From: an uncultured Gemmatimonadales bacterium | Lineage (GTDB): Bacteria; Gemmatimonadota; Gemmatimonadetes; Longimicrobiales; Gaopeijiaceae | Assembly (NCBI GenBank): GCA_963823035.1 | Contig: CAWGKG010000022.1 | Span: forward strand, 32,001-96,000 | Reading direction: 5' to 3' | Length of the DNA: 64,000 nucleotides | Part shown: in pieces, positions 54,254 through 63,722 of the stretch | Layout of the letters: every line of letters begins with the position of its first letter | Position numbering within the stretch: position 1 is the first letter of the stretch | Position numbers and translations under genes: made by a program | The notes under the pieces: generated by a model | What the model saw: the letters and a program-made list of their open reading frames with translations, nothing else | Databases searched by the model: none | What the model was told of the DNA's origin: nothing

Positions 54254-54688
54254 ATGATGTCTGAGAACGGTGGCAACCGGATCCGCGTGATCCTCCGGTG
54301 GATCCAGATCAAGGACAACAAGGAAGCGGCGTGGGACGACGAGGGCGAGTTCCGCTTCCGTTCCAAGGTCACCACCGCCGGCCAGAGCCACGAGATCAAG
54401 TTCCCCGAACAGGGGTTCTGGTCGATCTCCGACCACCCGCGCCGCAACAAGGTCGACAAGATCGACAAGGTGCTCTACGAGGGTGAGGCGGGTGACTCGC
54501 TCGTGGTGGAGCTCTTCGGCGAGGAGCTCGACCAGCTCACGGCCAACGACCATCTCGAGGACTACCGGCGCGAGTACACCGGCCCGGTCGCCTCCTGGAT
54601 CGGCCGCCATCAGCCGACCGACGAGGGCACGGGCGATCCCGAGAACCTCACGGACTGGCGCGTCTGCTACGACATCGAGACGGCCTGA
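54254..54688 (+). CDS. Acidic soluble hypothetical protein
   Basis: AGGAG RBS, strongly GC3-biased codons, followed by a hairpin. Confidence 0.75.
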   Translation: MMSENGGNRIRVILRWIQIKDNKEAAWDDEGEFRFRSKVTTAGQSHEIKFPEQGFWSISDHPRRNKVDKIDKVLYEGEAGDSLVVELFGEELDQLTANDHLEDYRREYTGPVASWIGRHQPTDEGTGDPENLTDWRVCYDIETA

Positions 54689-54718
54689 CGACGAGCGGCG
54701 TCCGCGCCGCGCGACTTC

Positions 54719-54751
54719 GAGGCCCCGTCCGGCGAGTCCGGGCGGGGCCTC
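54719..54751 (+). terminator. Stem-loop, probable terminator
   Basis: GAGGCCCCGTCCGG-cgagt-CCGGGCGGGGCCTC. Confidence 0.6.
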
Positions 54752-54841
54752 TCGCGTAGCGGTCCTCCCCCGCTGGCCGCGGCCAGCGCCTCCCCCTAGC
54801 TTGCGCCCGCGTTCGTTCCCCACCCCTCCGGAGGGCGTCCC

Positions 54842-56776
54842 CTGACCCACTTCACCGCGCTGGACTGGTTCTGGACGCTGGCGTTCCTCCTCCTCATGGT
54901 GGGCGGAGCCGCCTTCTTCTATCGCCTGGCCCGACGCTCCGAGTCCGACTTCTTCCTGGCCGGCCGCCGCCTCCCCTGGTGGCTCCCCGCCGCGTCGGTG
55001 TTCAGCACGCACACGGCCACCGACACCCCCATGTGGATCACCGGCACGGTGTACGCGCACGGCCTGCGCGGGCTGTGGTACACCTTCTTCGCCGGGTGGA
55101 CGTCCGTGGCGGCGTTCGTGTCCGCGCGCATCTACCGCCGCTCCGTGGCCTTCACGCAGGCCGAGTGGCAGGTGGTCCGCTTCCACGGCTTCGGCGCCGA
55201 GCTGCTGCGCGGCTGGATGGCCGGCTGGCAGGTCTTCATGAACATGTTCATCCTCGGGTGGGTGGGCATCGCCATGGGGAAGGTCGGCAACCTCGCCTTC
55301 GGCTGGCCGCTGTGGGTGGGGCTGGTCATCCCCTCGGTCATCACGGCGTTCTACACGCTCGCGGCGGGGTACTGGGGGGTGGTCATGGGCGACTTCCTCC
55401 AGGGCATCGTCGCGATCTTCGCGATCCTGCTGGTGTCGACGGTGGGCATCGTCGCGGCGGGCGGGCCGAGCGGCGTGGTGGACGGCGTCACGCAGATGGG
55501 TGAGGCGTGGCGACTCGATTCGATGGCGTTCACCGGGTGGCTCTCCGGCGACTTCCCGGCCGCGTGGTGGCTGACGATGCTCGTCATCGCGATCGTCGGC
55601 GGCTTCGGCATGGGCACGAGCATCGACTGGTACGTCGAGGCGCAGCGCATCCAATCCGCCAAGACCGTACGGGACGCCGCCTACGGCATCTGGTGGGGCG
55701 GCGCGATCACCCTGCTGCGCAACGGCATCTGGGCCGCCTCCATCCTCGCGTTCTTCGTCATGGCGCCCGGCATCACGAATGGCGCGGAGGCCGAGCTCGG
55801 ATGGTACCGCATGGGCTTCGAGCTCCTGCCGGCCGGGCTCGTGGGTGTCTTCTTCGCGGCGATCCTCGCGATCCACCTGTCCACGATCTCGAGCCACCTC
55901 AACCTGGGCGCGCTCTACTTCACCCGCGACCTCTACCAGCGCTACGTCCGTCCGGATGCCTCCGAGCGTACGCTCGTGTGGATGGGCCGGCTGACCACCG
56001 CCGTCCTCCTCATCGGCTCGTTCTTCTACGGCCTGATGATGCAGGAGATCACGCAGTGGCTGATCTTCGCGCTCTGGCTGATGATGGCGGGCATCTGGCT
56101 TCCCAACATCCTCCAGGTGGTGTGGTGGCGGTTCAACGCGTGGGGCTACCTGGCGTCGTGGATCGCCAACCTCGGCATCGCCTGGCTCGTGGTGTGGGTG
56201 TTGCCGGAGTTCGGCGTCCTCCCCGTCCTCCCCGACTACCTGCAGTTCTGGTCGCTGATGGTGCTCGGCGCCGTGGTCTTCCTTCCGGCGACGTTCCTCA
56301 CGAAGCCCGAGCCGATGGATCACCTGGTGCACTTCTACCTGCAGACGAGGCCGCTCGGATGGTGGGGGCCGGTGCGTCGAGAGGCGATCCGCCGTGGTCT
56401 GCTCGTCGAGGAGCAACGGACGGCCGCCTCGGCGCCGCGCCCCCTGGTGCGCCGCACATGGACCGCCGAGGAGGCGGACGCGTGGAGCCGCGAGGACTGG
56501 ATCGCCATCGTGCTCAGCCCGCTCATCATGGGTCTCGGCATGGTGGGCGCCGCCAACCTCTTCCTGGGGCGGAGCACGGGGGCCTGGGAACTCGTGCTGG
56601 GCACCGTCCTCGGCCTGGTGATGTTCTGGGTGATCGACCCCAAGCTCCGTGCCGTCTCGGCGGACTACGAGGCCCGCCAGGCGCGCGACCTGGAGCAGCT
56701 CGAGCAACGCATGCGCTGGCAGGCGGAGGGGAGCCCGACCGGGTCACCCCTGACGTCGCCCGAGGAGACCCACTGA
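54842..56776 (+). CDS. Sodium:solute symporter (SSS) with extra C-terminal two-TM domain
   Basis: DFFLAGRRLPWW, GVVMGDFLQ, AQRI.SAK, STISSHLN.GA.Y..RDLY. Probable CTG start (first ATG at 54896). Confidence 0.9.
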   Translation: MTHFTALDWFWTLAFLLLMVGGAAFFYRLARRSESDFFLAGRRLPWWLPAASVFSTHTATDTPMWITGTVYAHGLRGLWYTFFAGWTSVAAFVSARIYRRSVAFTQAEWQVVRFHGFGAELLRGWMAGWQVFMNMFILGWVGIAMGKVGNLAFGWPLWVGLVIPSVITAFYTLAAGYWGVVMGDFLQGIVAIFAILLVSTVGIVAAGGPSGVVDGVTQMGEAWRLDSMAFTGWLSGDFPAAWWLTMLVIAIVGGFGMGTSIDWYVEAQRIQSAKTVRDAAYGIWWGGAITLLRNGIWAASILAFFVMAPGITNGAEAELGWYRMGFELLPAGLVGVFFAAILAIHLSTISSHLNLGALYFTRDLYQRYVRPDASERTLVWMGRLTTAVLLIGSFFYGLMMQEITQWLIFALWLMMAGIWLPNILQVVWWRFNAWGYLASWIANLGIAWLVVWVLPEFGVLPVLPDYLQFWSLMVLGAVVFLPATFLTKPEPMDHLVHFYLQTRPLGWWGPVRREAIRRGLLVEEQRTAASAPRPLVRRTWTAEEADAWSREDWIAIVLSPLIMGLGMVGAANLFLGRSTGAWELVLGTVLGLVMFWVIDPKLRAVSADYEARQARDLEQLEQRMRWQAEGSPTGSPLTSPEETH

Positions 56777-56901
56777 TGGAACGCGGCTTCGTCACGCTCA
56801 TCGGGATGAGCATCGCCTACGTGGCGTCGTTCATCGGGCTCGGTCTCGCCTGGTACGGGTGGAAGCGACGGCACCGCGACGACGGAGGAGGGGGACGATG
56901 A
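56776..56901 (+). CDS. 41-aa single-TM small protein
   Basis: TGATG overlap with the SSS stop, GAGGAG RBS, MERGFVTLIGMSIAYVASFIGLGLAWYGWKRRH. Confidence 0.7.
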   Translation: MERGFVTLIGMSIAYVASFIGLGLAWYGWKRRHRDDGGGGR

Positions 56902-57068
56902 GCGCCGCCTTCCTCCTGCTCGTCCAGCAGACGACGCGGCAGCCCCTCCCGGCCGAGCCCCCGATCGACGGGCCGGGGTGGACCGTATGGGTGCCGGCGG
57001 CCCTCTTCCTGGTCGCGGCATTCGGGACGTGGGCGCTCTGGCGCCACTTCGCGGACAAGGACGACTGA
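56898..57068 (+). CDS. 56-aa single-TM small protein
   Basis: ATGA overlap, GGAGG RBS, TM helix WVPAALFLVAAFGTWALWRHF. Confidence 0.7.
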   Translation: MSAAFLLLVQQTTRQPLPAEPPIDGPGWTVWVPAALFLVAAFGTWALWRHFADKDD

Positions 57069-57081
57069 GGTCCGGAACCCC

Positions 57082-58563
57082 ATGATCAAGAAGACGCTGC
57101 TCGCGCTCGTGGCGGTCGCGGTGGTGCTCGCGGCCGTGGTGGTGGTCCGCACCCTGCGGCTCCCGTCCCGCCAGGGCGAAGCCGCCTCCGTGCCCGTCTC
57201 GATCGAAGTCGACGCACAGGCCGCGGCCGAGCGCCTCGCGGGTGCCATCCGCATCCCCACGATCTCGTGGGAGCGGGTGGAGGACACCGACACGGCGGCC
57301 TTCCTCGCCCTCCACGACTACTTCGAGGCGAGCTACCCCCTCGTGCACGGACACCTCCGGCGCGAGAAGGTCGGGGACCTCAGCCTGCTCTACACCTGGG
57401 AGGGCACGGACCCCGCCCTGGAGCCGGTCGTCCTCATGGGCCACCAGGACGTGGTGCCCGTGGTGCCCGGCACGGAGGGCGACTGGAAGCACGGGCCGTT
57501 CAGCGGGGATATCGCGGACGGCGAGGTGTGGGGCCGCGGCACGATGGACGACAAGATCAGCGTCGTGTCGATCCTGGAGGCCGTGGAGGCGCTCCTCGCG
57601 GACGGCTTCCAGCCGCGCCGCACGATCTACCTCGCGTTCGGCCACGACGAGGAGGTCGGGGGCGTCCGGGGCGCGTCGGCCATCGCGGATCTCCTCGCGT
57701 CCCGCGGGACGGGCTCGTTCGCCTTCGTGACCGACGAGGGCGGCGCGGTGGTACGCGACATGATCCCCGGCGTGGAGGGCGCCATCGCCATCGTCGGCGT
57801 CGCCGAGAAAGGGTACGTGAACGTCGAACTCCTCGTGGAGGGCGCCGGCGGGCACTCCTCGGCTCCGCCCGAGCAGACGAACATCGGCGTGCTCGCGGAG
57901 GCCGTGTCGGCGCTCGAGGAGAACCCCTTCCCCGCGCGCTTCGAGGGGCCGTCGCGGCTCATGTTCGACTACCTCGCGCCCGAGATGCCCTTCGGACAGC
58001 GCATGGTCTTCGCGAACCTGTGGCTCTTCCGCCCCGTGGTCGAGCGCTTCCTGACGGCCAGCCCGCAGACGGCCTCGATGATCCGCACGACCACGGCGCC
58101 GACGATCATCGGCGGGGGCGTGAAGGCGAACGTCCTGCCCATCAACGCGCGCGCCCTGGTGAACCACCGCATCCGGCCCGGGGAGACCCGCGAGAGCGTG
58201 CTGGAGCGCGACCGGAGCATCATCGACGACGAGCGGGTCCAGGTGCGCATCTTCGGGGACGACAGCGTGGACCCGTCTCCCGTGTCCGACACCGAGGGTC
58301 CGGCGTTCCGGCTCCTGGAGCGCACGATCCGGCAGGTGCTCGCCGGCGAGCGCGTGGTGGTCGCGCCGTTCCTGGTGCCCGGCGGCACGGACGCGAAGTA
58401 CTACTCGGGACGATCCCGGAACGTGCTCCGCTTCCTTCCCGCGGTGCTCAGCCCGGAGGCCATGGAGCTGGCGCACGGCACCAACGAGCGGATGAGCGTG
58501 GAGGGGCTCGCGTCGAGCATCCGCTACTTCCAGCAGTTGATCCGCAACCTGCAGGACCTCTAG
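57082..58563 (+). CDS. M20 family peptidase (CPS1/PM20D1-like), N-terminally anchored
   Basis: GHQDVVP, GRGTMDDK, GHDEE, DEGG, GGHSS, GGTD, HGTNER. Confidence 0.92.
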   Translation: MIKKTLLALVAVAVVLAAVVVVRTLRLPSRQGEAASVPVSIEVDAQAAAERLAGAIRIPTISWERVEDTDTAAFLALHDYFEASYPLVHGHLRREKVGDLSLLYTWEGTDPALEPVVLMGHQDVVPVVPGTEGDWKHGPFSGDIADGEVWGRGTMDDKISVVSILEAVEALLADGFQPRRTIYLAFGHDEEVGGVRGASAIADLLASRGTGSFAFVTDEGGAVVRDMIPGVEGAIAIVGVAEKGYVNVELLVEGAGGHSSAPPEQTNIGVLAEAVSALEENPFPARFEGPSRLMFDYLAPEMPFGQRMVFANLWLFRPVVERFLTASPQTASMIRTTTAPTIIGGGVKANVLPINARALVNHRIRPGETRESVLERDRSIIDDERVQVRIFGDDSVDPSPVSDTEGPAFRLLERTIRQVLAGERVVVAPFLVPGGTDAKYYSGRSRNVLRFLPAVLSPEAMELAHGTNERMSVEGLASSIRYFQQLIRNLQDL

Positions 58564-58587
58564 GACCGGCCCCGGCCCCGTCCGGCG

Positions 58588-61200
58588 TCAGCGCTTCTTC
58601 CGCCTCCGCCGCAGCGACCGACGGCCGCCGGTCGCACCCAGCACCGCGAGCGCACGGGCGACCACCCCCTCGTCACCTTCCAGCCCACGCACCCTCTCGA
58701 CCTCTCCTGGAAGGGCGGTCTTCGCGCGCGTCAGCGCCTCCACCGCCGAGCCGGGATCGAGCGCGACCCGATGCCCCACCTGCCCCACGTCGATGAGCGA
58801 CTCGGGCGCCCACTCGGTGGGCCACAGGCGCTCGAGGTCGTCCACCGCGGCGCGCACGTGCGCGAGCGTCCCGGCCAGCCCGTCCATCAGCTCGGGCGAC
58901 GCCTCCGGGAAGGAGAGCTCGGCCGCCCGGTCGGCGTCGGCGGGCGCCGGCCCAAGCCGCACCACGACCTCGAGTCGCTCGGCGTCGTAGGACCACCCGG
59001 GCGCCGAGCCGTCGCGGCGGTACGGCACCTCCGCCCCGTCGGCCCGGACGGCGGTGGGTGGGAGCGCGTCGGGCACCCGTAGCGTCACCGCCCGCTCGCG
59101 CGCCATGCCGGGCCAGCCGCCTTCGACGCCGCCGACGCGCACGACCAGCCCGCGTCCCCCGTCGCTCCAGCGCGACGACAGCTCCGTCCAGGCCACCGCG
59201 TCCCCCTGGTAGCCGAGGTCGTTGCCCGCGTCCTCGTAGAGGCGCGCGGCGCCGTCGCGGCCCCCGAACACCTTCACGACGAGGGGACCCCGGCGGCCGT
59301 CCCCGACCCGCGTGGTCGGCTCCTGCATCGGCACGATCGCCCCGGCCCGCACGAACAGAGGGATCTCGTCGAGGAGATACGTGCGCACCACCTCGGCCGG
59401 GCCGTGCAGGCGCGCGCCCGAGCCCCACTCGACCCAGTCGCCGGGCGGCAGCCAGGTCGCACGCGTCGACAGCCCGGTGGCCGAGTCCGCGGGCTCCCCG
59501 ATCGGGCTCACCAGGAGGTCCTCGCCGAGCATGTACTCGCCGGCATGCGTGTACGCCGCGTCCTCCTCGGGCCAGTGGTAGTAGAGGGGCCGCACCATCC
59601 CCACGCCCGTGTCGTACGTGGCGCGCGCGGCCGTATACAGGTAGGGCACGAGCGCGCTGCGCAGGAGCATCGCCTCGCGCATCGCCTCGTAGTGCTCCGG
59701 CGGGTACGCCCAGATCCTCCGTTCGGCGTCCGGGTTCTTCGTGGTGTGCGTCCGCAGGACCGGGCTCAGCGCCCCGAACTGGATCCACCGCGTGTACAGC
59801 TCCGGCGTCACGGGACCGGGGAGGTGGCCCCCGATGTCATGGCTCCAGAACCCGTAGAGGACGTTCGACGCCGTGGACGTGAACTCCGGCTCGAACGCCA
59901 GCATCTCCCACGTCGAGGCGGCGTCGCCCGAGAACCCCACCTGGTAGCGGTGGCTCCCCAGCCCCCCGAAGCGGTGGAAGATGAGCGGCCGTGCCCGTCC
60001 CTGTCGCTCCATGTCGCCGAAGAAGACGTGGTTCAGCCACATGGTGGGGTTGAGCCCCGGGATGCTCGTCTCCGCCCACTGCTGCCAATCCAACCACCAG
60101 AAGTCGACGCCCTGTCGCTCGAGCGGATGGATGACGTTGTCGAAGTACGCCCGCGCGAACGCCCGGTCCTCGATGTGGAAGGGGATCCACTCCTTCGTCG
60201 CCGGATCGACGCCCATCGCCCGGGCCATCGCCGGGTACTGCGCCTCCCACGGCTGGATGCCCGACGCGGGATGCAGGTTCAGCGTCGCCCGCAGGCCCTG
60301 CCCGTGCACCCACGACAGGAAGGCCTCCGGGTCGGGGAAGAACGTCGGGTTCCAGGTGTAGCCCGTCCAACCCTTGCTCTGCCCCGCCATGTCCCGCACC
60401 CCGCTGCGCCACCGCAGCTCGAACGTCTCGTGCCAGTCCATGTCCACCACGAGCACGTCGAGCGGGACGTCGTACCGATCGAACTCCCCGACCAGCTCCT
60501 GGAGCTCCGTGTCCGTGTACGCCCAGTAGCGCGACCACCAGATGCCGAACGCGAAGCGCGGCGGCATGGGCACCTTTCCCGAGATCCTCGCGAAGTCGCC
60601 GAGCGCCGCACGGTAGTCGTGCCCGTAGCCGAGGAAATACCAGTCCTGCCGCTCCCCTGCGGGGCGGGGCTGGGCCCACCCGCCGTCCTCGCCCACGAGG
60701 AGGGGGCTCTCGGAGTCGTCGACGACGGCCCACCCGTCCCGCGACAGCAGCCCCTCGCCCAGGGCGACGGGACCCTCCACGCCGTCCAGCGTGCGGATCG
60801 TCCCGCCCAGGTTGCCGTCCGCCGGGCTTCCCGGACGCCACATCGTGTCCACGCCCCCCGTGGCCACGTGCACCTCGAGGTTGGACGGGCCCAGGCGGCC
60901 GCTGCCCAAGCGGTAGCGGAGGCGGAGCGCGTCCGTCTCGATCACCTGCCAGCCCTCCTCCTCGAACGCCCGGTAGGGCGGCGCGGGAAGGTCCCGATCG
61001 ATCACCACGAGCGTCCCCCGGTCCTCGAACGCCCCCCCTTCCGCCCACTCCATACGCACGAGACGGTCGGTCAGGACGGTGAAGCGGGCGTCTCCGGCCT
61101 TCACGACGGGGCGGGGTGCGGGGTCGGGCAGCTGGCGGGCTGCGAGAGGATTCGTCACGAGGAGGAGGGCGAGGGGAACCGCGGCGTGTGCTCGTCTCAT
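58588..61200 (-). CDS. Secreted glycoside hydrolase family 31 (GH31_u1-like)
   Basis: GIWWSRYW, DMDWH, FWWLDWQQ, GFSGD, WSHDIGG, signal peptide. Confidence 0.9.
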   Translation of the reverse strand: MRRAHAAVPLALLLVTNPLAARQLPDPAPRPVVKAGDARFTVLTDRLVRMEWAEGGAFEDRGTLVVIDRDLPAPPYRAFEEEGWQVIETDALRLRYRLGSGRLGPSNLEVHVATGGVDTMWRPGSPADGNLGGTIRTLDGVEGPVALGEGLLSRDGWAVVDDSESPLLVGEDGGWAQPRPAGERQDWYFLGYGHDYRAALGDFARISGKVPMPPRFAFGIWWSRYWAYTDTELQELVGEFDRYDVPLDVLVVDMDWHETFELRWRSGVRDMAGQSKGWTGYTWNPTFFPDPEAFLSWVHGQGLRATLNLHPASGIQPWEAQYPAMARAMGVDPATKEWIPFHIEDRAFARAYFDNVIHPLERQGVDFWWLDWQQWAETSIPGLNPTMWLNHVFFGDMERQGRARPLIFHRFGGLGSHRYQVGFSGDAASTWEMLAFEPEFTSTASNVLYGFWSHDIGGHLPGPVTPELYTRWIQFGALSPVLRTHTTKNPDAERRIWAYPPEHYEAMREAMLLRSALVPYLYTAARATYDTGVGMVRPLYYHWPEEDAAYTHAGEYMLGEDLLVSPIGEPADSATGLSTRATWLPPGDWVEWGSGARLHGPAEVVRTYLLDEIPLFVRAGAIVPMQEPTTRVGDGRRGPLVVKVFGGRDGAARLYEDAGNDLGYQGDAVAWTELSSRWSDGGRGLVVRVGGVEGGWPGMARERAVTLRVPDALPPTAVRADGAEVPYRRDGSAPGWSYDAERLEVVVRLGPAPADADRAAELSFPEASPELMDGLAGTLAHVRAAVDDLERLWPTEWAPESLIDVGQVGHRVALDPGSAVEALTRAKTALPGEVERVRGLEGDEGVVARALAVLGATGGRRSLRRRRKKR

Positions 61201-61253
61201 GCCTCCAAGAGACACCTTCCCCTCCGACCGTGGCAAGACTACCTTGGTGGAGT

Positions 61254-61272
61254 TTCGGTTTATGTTCGGTTT
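61254..61272 (+). promoter_or_regulatory. Direct repeat TTCGGTTT x2 (11-bp period), candidate DNA-damage regulator box
   Basis: TTCG-N7-TTCG immediately upstream of the RBS of the radical SAM gene. Confidence 0.45.
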
Positions 61273-61283
61273 CCGGAGACGAC

Positions 61284-62357
61284 GTGTCGGAATCCCGCCC
61301 CCTCCCCGTTCTGCACGGCCGCGGCGTCTCGTGGAACCCGCCCAACCGCTTCGAGCGCCTGCACGTGGAGCGCGACGGCTGGACCGACCCGGACGACCCG
61401 CCTCCGCGCACGGAGCTGCTGCGCGACGCGACGCGCTCGATCCTCGCGCGCAACGAGAGCCCGGACGTCGGGTTCGACGTGGGCATCAACCCGTATCGGG
61501 GATGCTCCCACGGCTGCGTGTACTGCTATGCGCGTCCCAGCCACGAGTACCTCGGCTTCTCGGCCGGCCTCGACTTCGAGACGAAGATCCTCGTGAAGGA
61601 GGAGGCCCCCACGCTCCTGCGCGAGGCGCTCTCCTCCCCGAAGTGGAAGCCGGAGACGATCATGCTCAGCGGCAACACCGACGCCTACCAGCCGACCGAG
61701 CGCCGCCTGCGCGTCACGCGCCGTTGCCTCGAGGTCCTCGCGGAGTTCAGGAACCCGGTGGGCATCATCACGAAGAGCTATCTGGTGAGCCGCGACGTGG
61801 ACCTCCTGGGGGAGCTGGCCCGCGACCGCGCGGCGGCCGTCGTCCTGTCGATCACGACCCTCCGCAACGAGGTGCAGCGGGTCATGGAGCCTCGTGCTTC
61901 CACGCCGGACCGCCGGCTGGGGGCGATCCGCGTGCTCGCCGACGCCGGCATCCCGGTCGGCGTGAACGTCGCACCGGTGGTGCCGGGACTGACCGACCAC
62001 GAGCTGCCGGCGATCCTGGAGGCCGCGGCCGACGCGGGGGCCACCTTCGCGAGCTACATCGTGCTCCGCCTGCCGCACGGGGTGAAGGAGCTGTTCTCGG
62101 AGTGGCTCGCCCAGCACTTCCCCGACCGGAAGGAGAAGGTGCTCAACCGCGTGCGCGAGCTGCGCGGGGGGCGGCTCTACGACGCCCGCTTCGACGTGCG
62201 CGGCAGGGGAGAGGGGCCCTGGGCGGAGCAGTTGCGCGCGCTCTTCCACGTCACCCGGGACCGACTGGGCCTGAACCACCGTCCCGGGATGTCGACGGCC
62301 GCCTTTCGCCGGCCGGCGCCTCCACCTCGCCCACAGCTGGATCTCTTCGGCGGCTGA
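61284..62357 (+). CDS. PA0069/Rv2578c family radical SAM protein (SplB-related)
   Basis: NPYRGCSHGCVYCYAR, TDAYQP.E, MEPRA, terminal QLDLF. Confidence 0.92.
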   Translation: MSESRPLPVLHGRGVSWNPPNRFERLHVERDGWTDPDDPPPRTELLRDATRSILARNESPDVGFDVGINPYRGCSHGCVYCYARPSHEYLGFSAGLDFETKILVKEEAPTLLREALSSPKWKPETIMLSGNTDAYQPTERRLRVTRRCLEVLAEFRNPVGIITKSYLVSRDVDLLGELARDRAAAVVLSITTLRNEVQRVMEPRASTPDRRLGAIRVLADAGIPVGVNVAPVVPGLTDHELPAILEAAADAGATFASYIVLRLPHGVKELFSEWLAQHFPDRKEKVLNRVRELRGGRLYDARFDVRGRGEGPWAEQLRALFHVTRDRLGLNHRPGMSTAAFRRPAPPPRPQLDLFGG

Positions 62358-62369
62358 TCGCGCCGGAGC

Positions 62370-63309
62370 TCAGACCCGGGCGATCGCTCCGTCCTGGGCG
62401 GCCCACGACGTGCGGGAGAACGTCCACAGGAAGTTCGTGAAGCCGACGTCGTAGTCCGAGATGCCGTTCTGGCCGGTGAGCTTGAGCCGCTGGTCGTAGA
62501 GCCGCCGCATCACGATGGACACCGTGCTCTCGTAGGAGGACGGCGGCGGGCGCAGCTGATGCAGCGCGTCCCTGAGACCCTCGGGGGCGTGCAGCCCCTC
62601 GACCAGGTCGTGGTAGGCGTCGTGCTCGTCTCCCGAGATCACCTTGAGCTGGCGGTGGAGCCGCTCGGCCAGCGCCGCCTGGACGAGCATGGGATCGTCC
62701 GAGGAGACCAATGCGAAGTAGGAGAGCACCTGGGCGTGCAGCTCCTTCCAGTACCCCTGCCGGTGCACGAACTCGTGGCAGATCACGTGCGGCTCGAAGA
62801 TCCCCGTGTCGCGGAAGAGCGCCACGTCTCCGGAGATCACGTCGCACACGCCCATCGCGAACGGGAAGATGAACTGCGCCAACCCGAAGTCGCGCACCGC
62901 GGAGCTGGTGACGACGCGCTGCCCCGTAATGGACGCGATGTAGTCGGTGAGGCGCCGGTTCACCTGTCGCGCGAGCTCCTCCCTCGGCCTGCGCTCGTCG
63001 GTCCACCCCTCGGCGAGGCGGTCGACCAGTCGCGGAAGCTCGGCGCGCCGCTCCTCCTCGGGCATCGGAATCGAGCCGGAAGACGTCCGCCCCGAACTCC
63101 TCCTCGAACTGGATCCAGCGCACGTCCTGCCGTCGCAGCCAGTCCTTCACCGCGCTGCCGGCGTAGATGCCGAAGGCCGCGGCGCTGAGAACCCGGCCGG
63201 GGAGCGTCGCGCCCAGGAGGATGCGCGAGGCCAGCGGGGCCGTCGCGATCACGTCCGTCAGGGAGATGGGCGCGTACGTGGCGTCGTTGGGGATGCGGAT
63301 CTCGTCCAT
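62370..63309 (-). CDS. Hypothetical HExxH protein (DUF3810-like; frameshift near 63070)
   Basis: PHVICHEFVHRQGYWKE and an N-terminal hydrophobic segment. Confidence 0.6.
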
Positions 63310-63384
63310 GTAGACCTATACGGGGGAGAGGCCGGCCGGGGTTCCCCGGACGCGTCGCCACCGGAATCTCGCGCGCGGATCCGC

Positions 63385-63416
63385 AAAATGAAAACGCCGC
63401 CCCGGTCGGGGCGGCG
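63385..63416 (-). terminator. Intrinsic terminator
   Basis: CGCCGCCCC/GGGGCGGCG stem followed by TTTTCATTTT on the minus strand. Confidence 0.75.
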
Positions 63417-63482
63417 GAGCTCGGCGCGCGGGGTCGACCCTGACCGCGGCACCCTTCGGAACAGGGCCGCGGTCAGGGCCGC

Positions 63483-63722
63483 TCAGCAATGTGACTCGAC
63501 ATCCACCTCCATACGGACCACGGGAAGCACGGTCGAGGCCTGCGCCGACTCCGTCGGCTCCGTCACGTAGCCCGCCTCCGCATCCTTCGCCACGCCCGCA
63601 GGAACGTCGCGCGTCGAGCCGAGCGCCAGAAGCGCCACCAGTATGGGAACGCCGATGAGCGGCGCCCCGAACGCGGCCCACCAGGGCACCGCGGATCGCT
63701 TGTCGATATGTGCGTGAATCAT
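63483..63722 (-). CDS. 79-aa small membrane protein
   Basis: GAGGGG RBS, TM helix WWAAFGAPLIGVPILVALLAL, followed by hairpins. Confidence 0.6.
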   Translation of the reverse strand: MIHAHIDKRSAVPWWAAFGAPLIGVPILVALLALGSTRDVPAGVAKDAEAGYVTEPTESAQASTVLPVVRMEVDVESHC

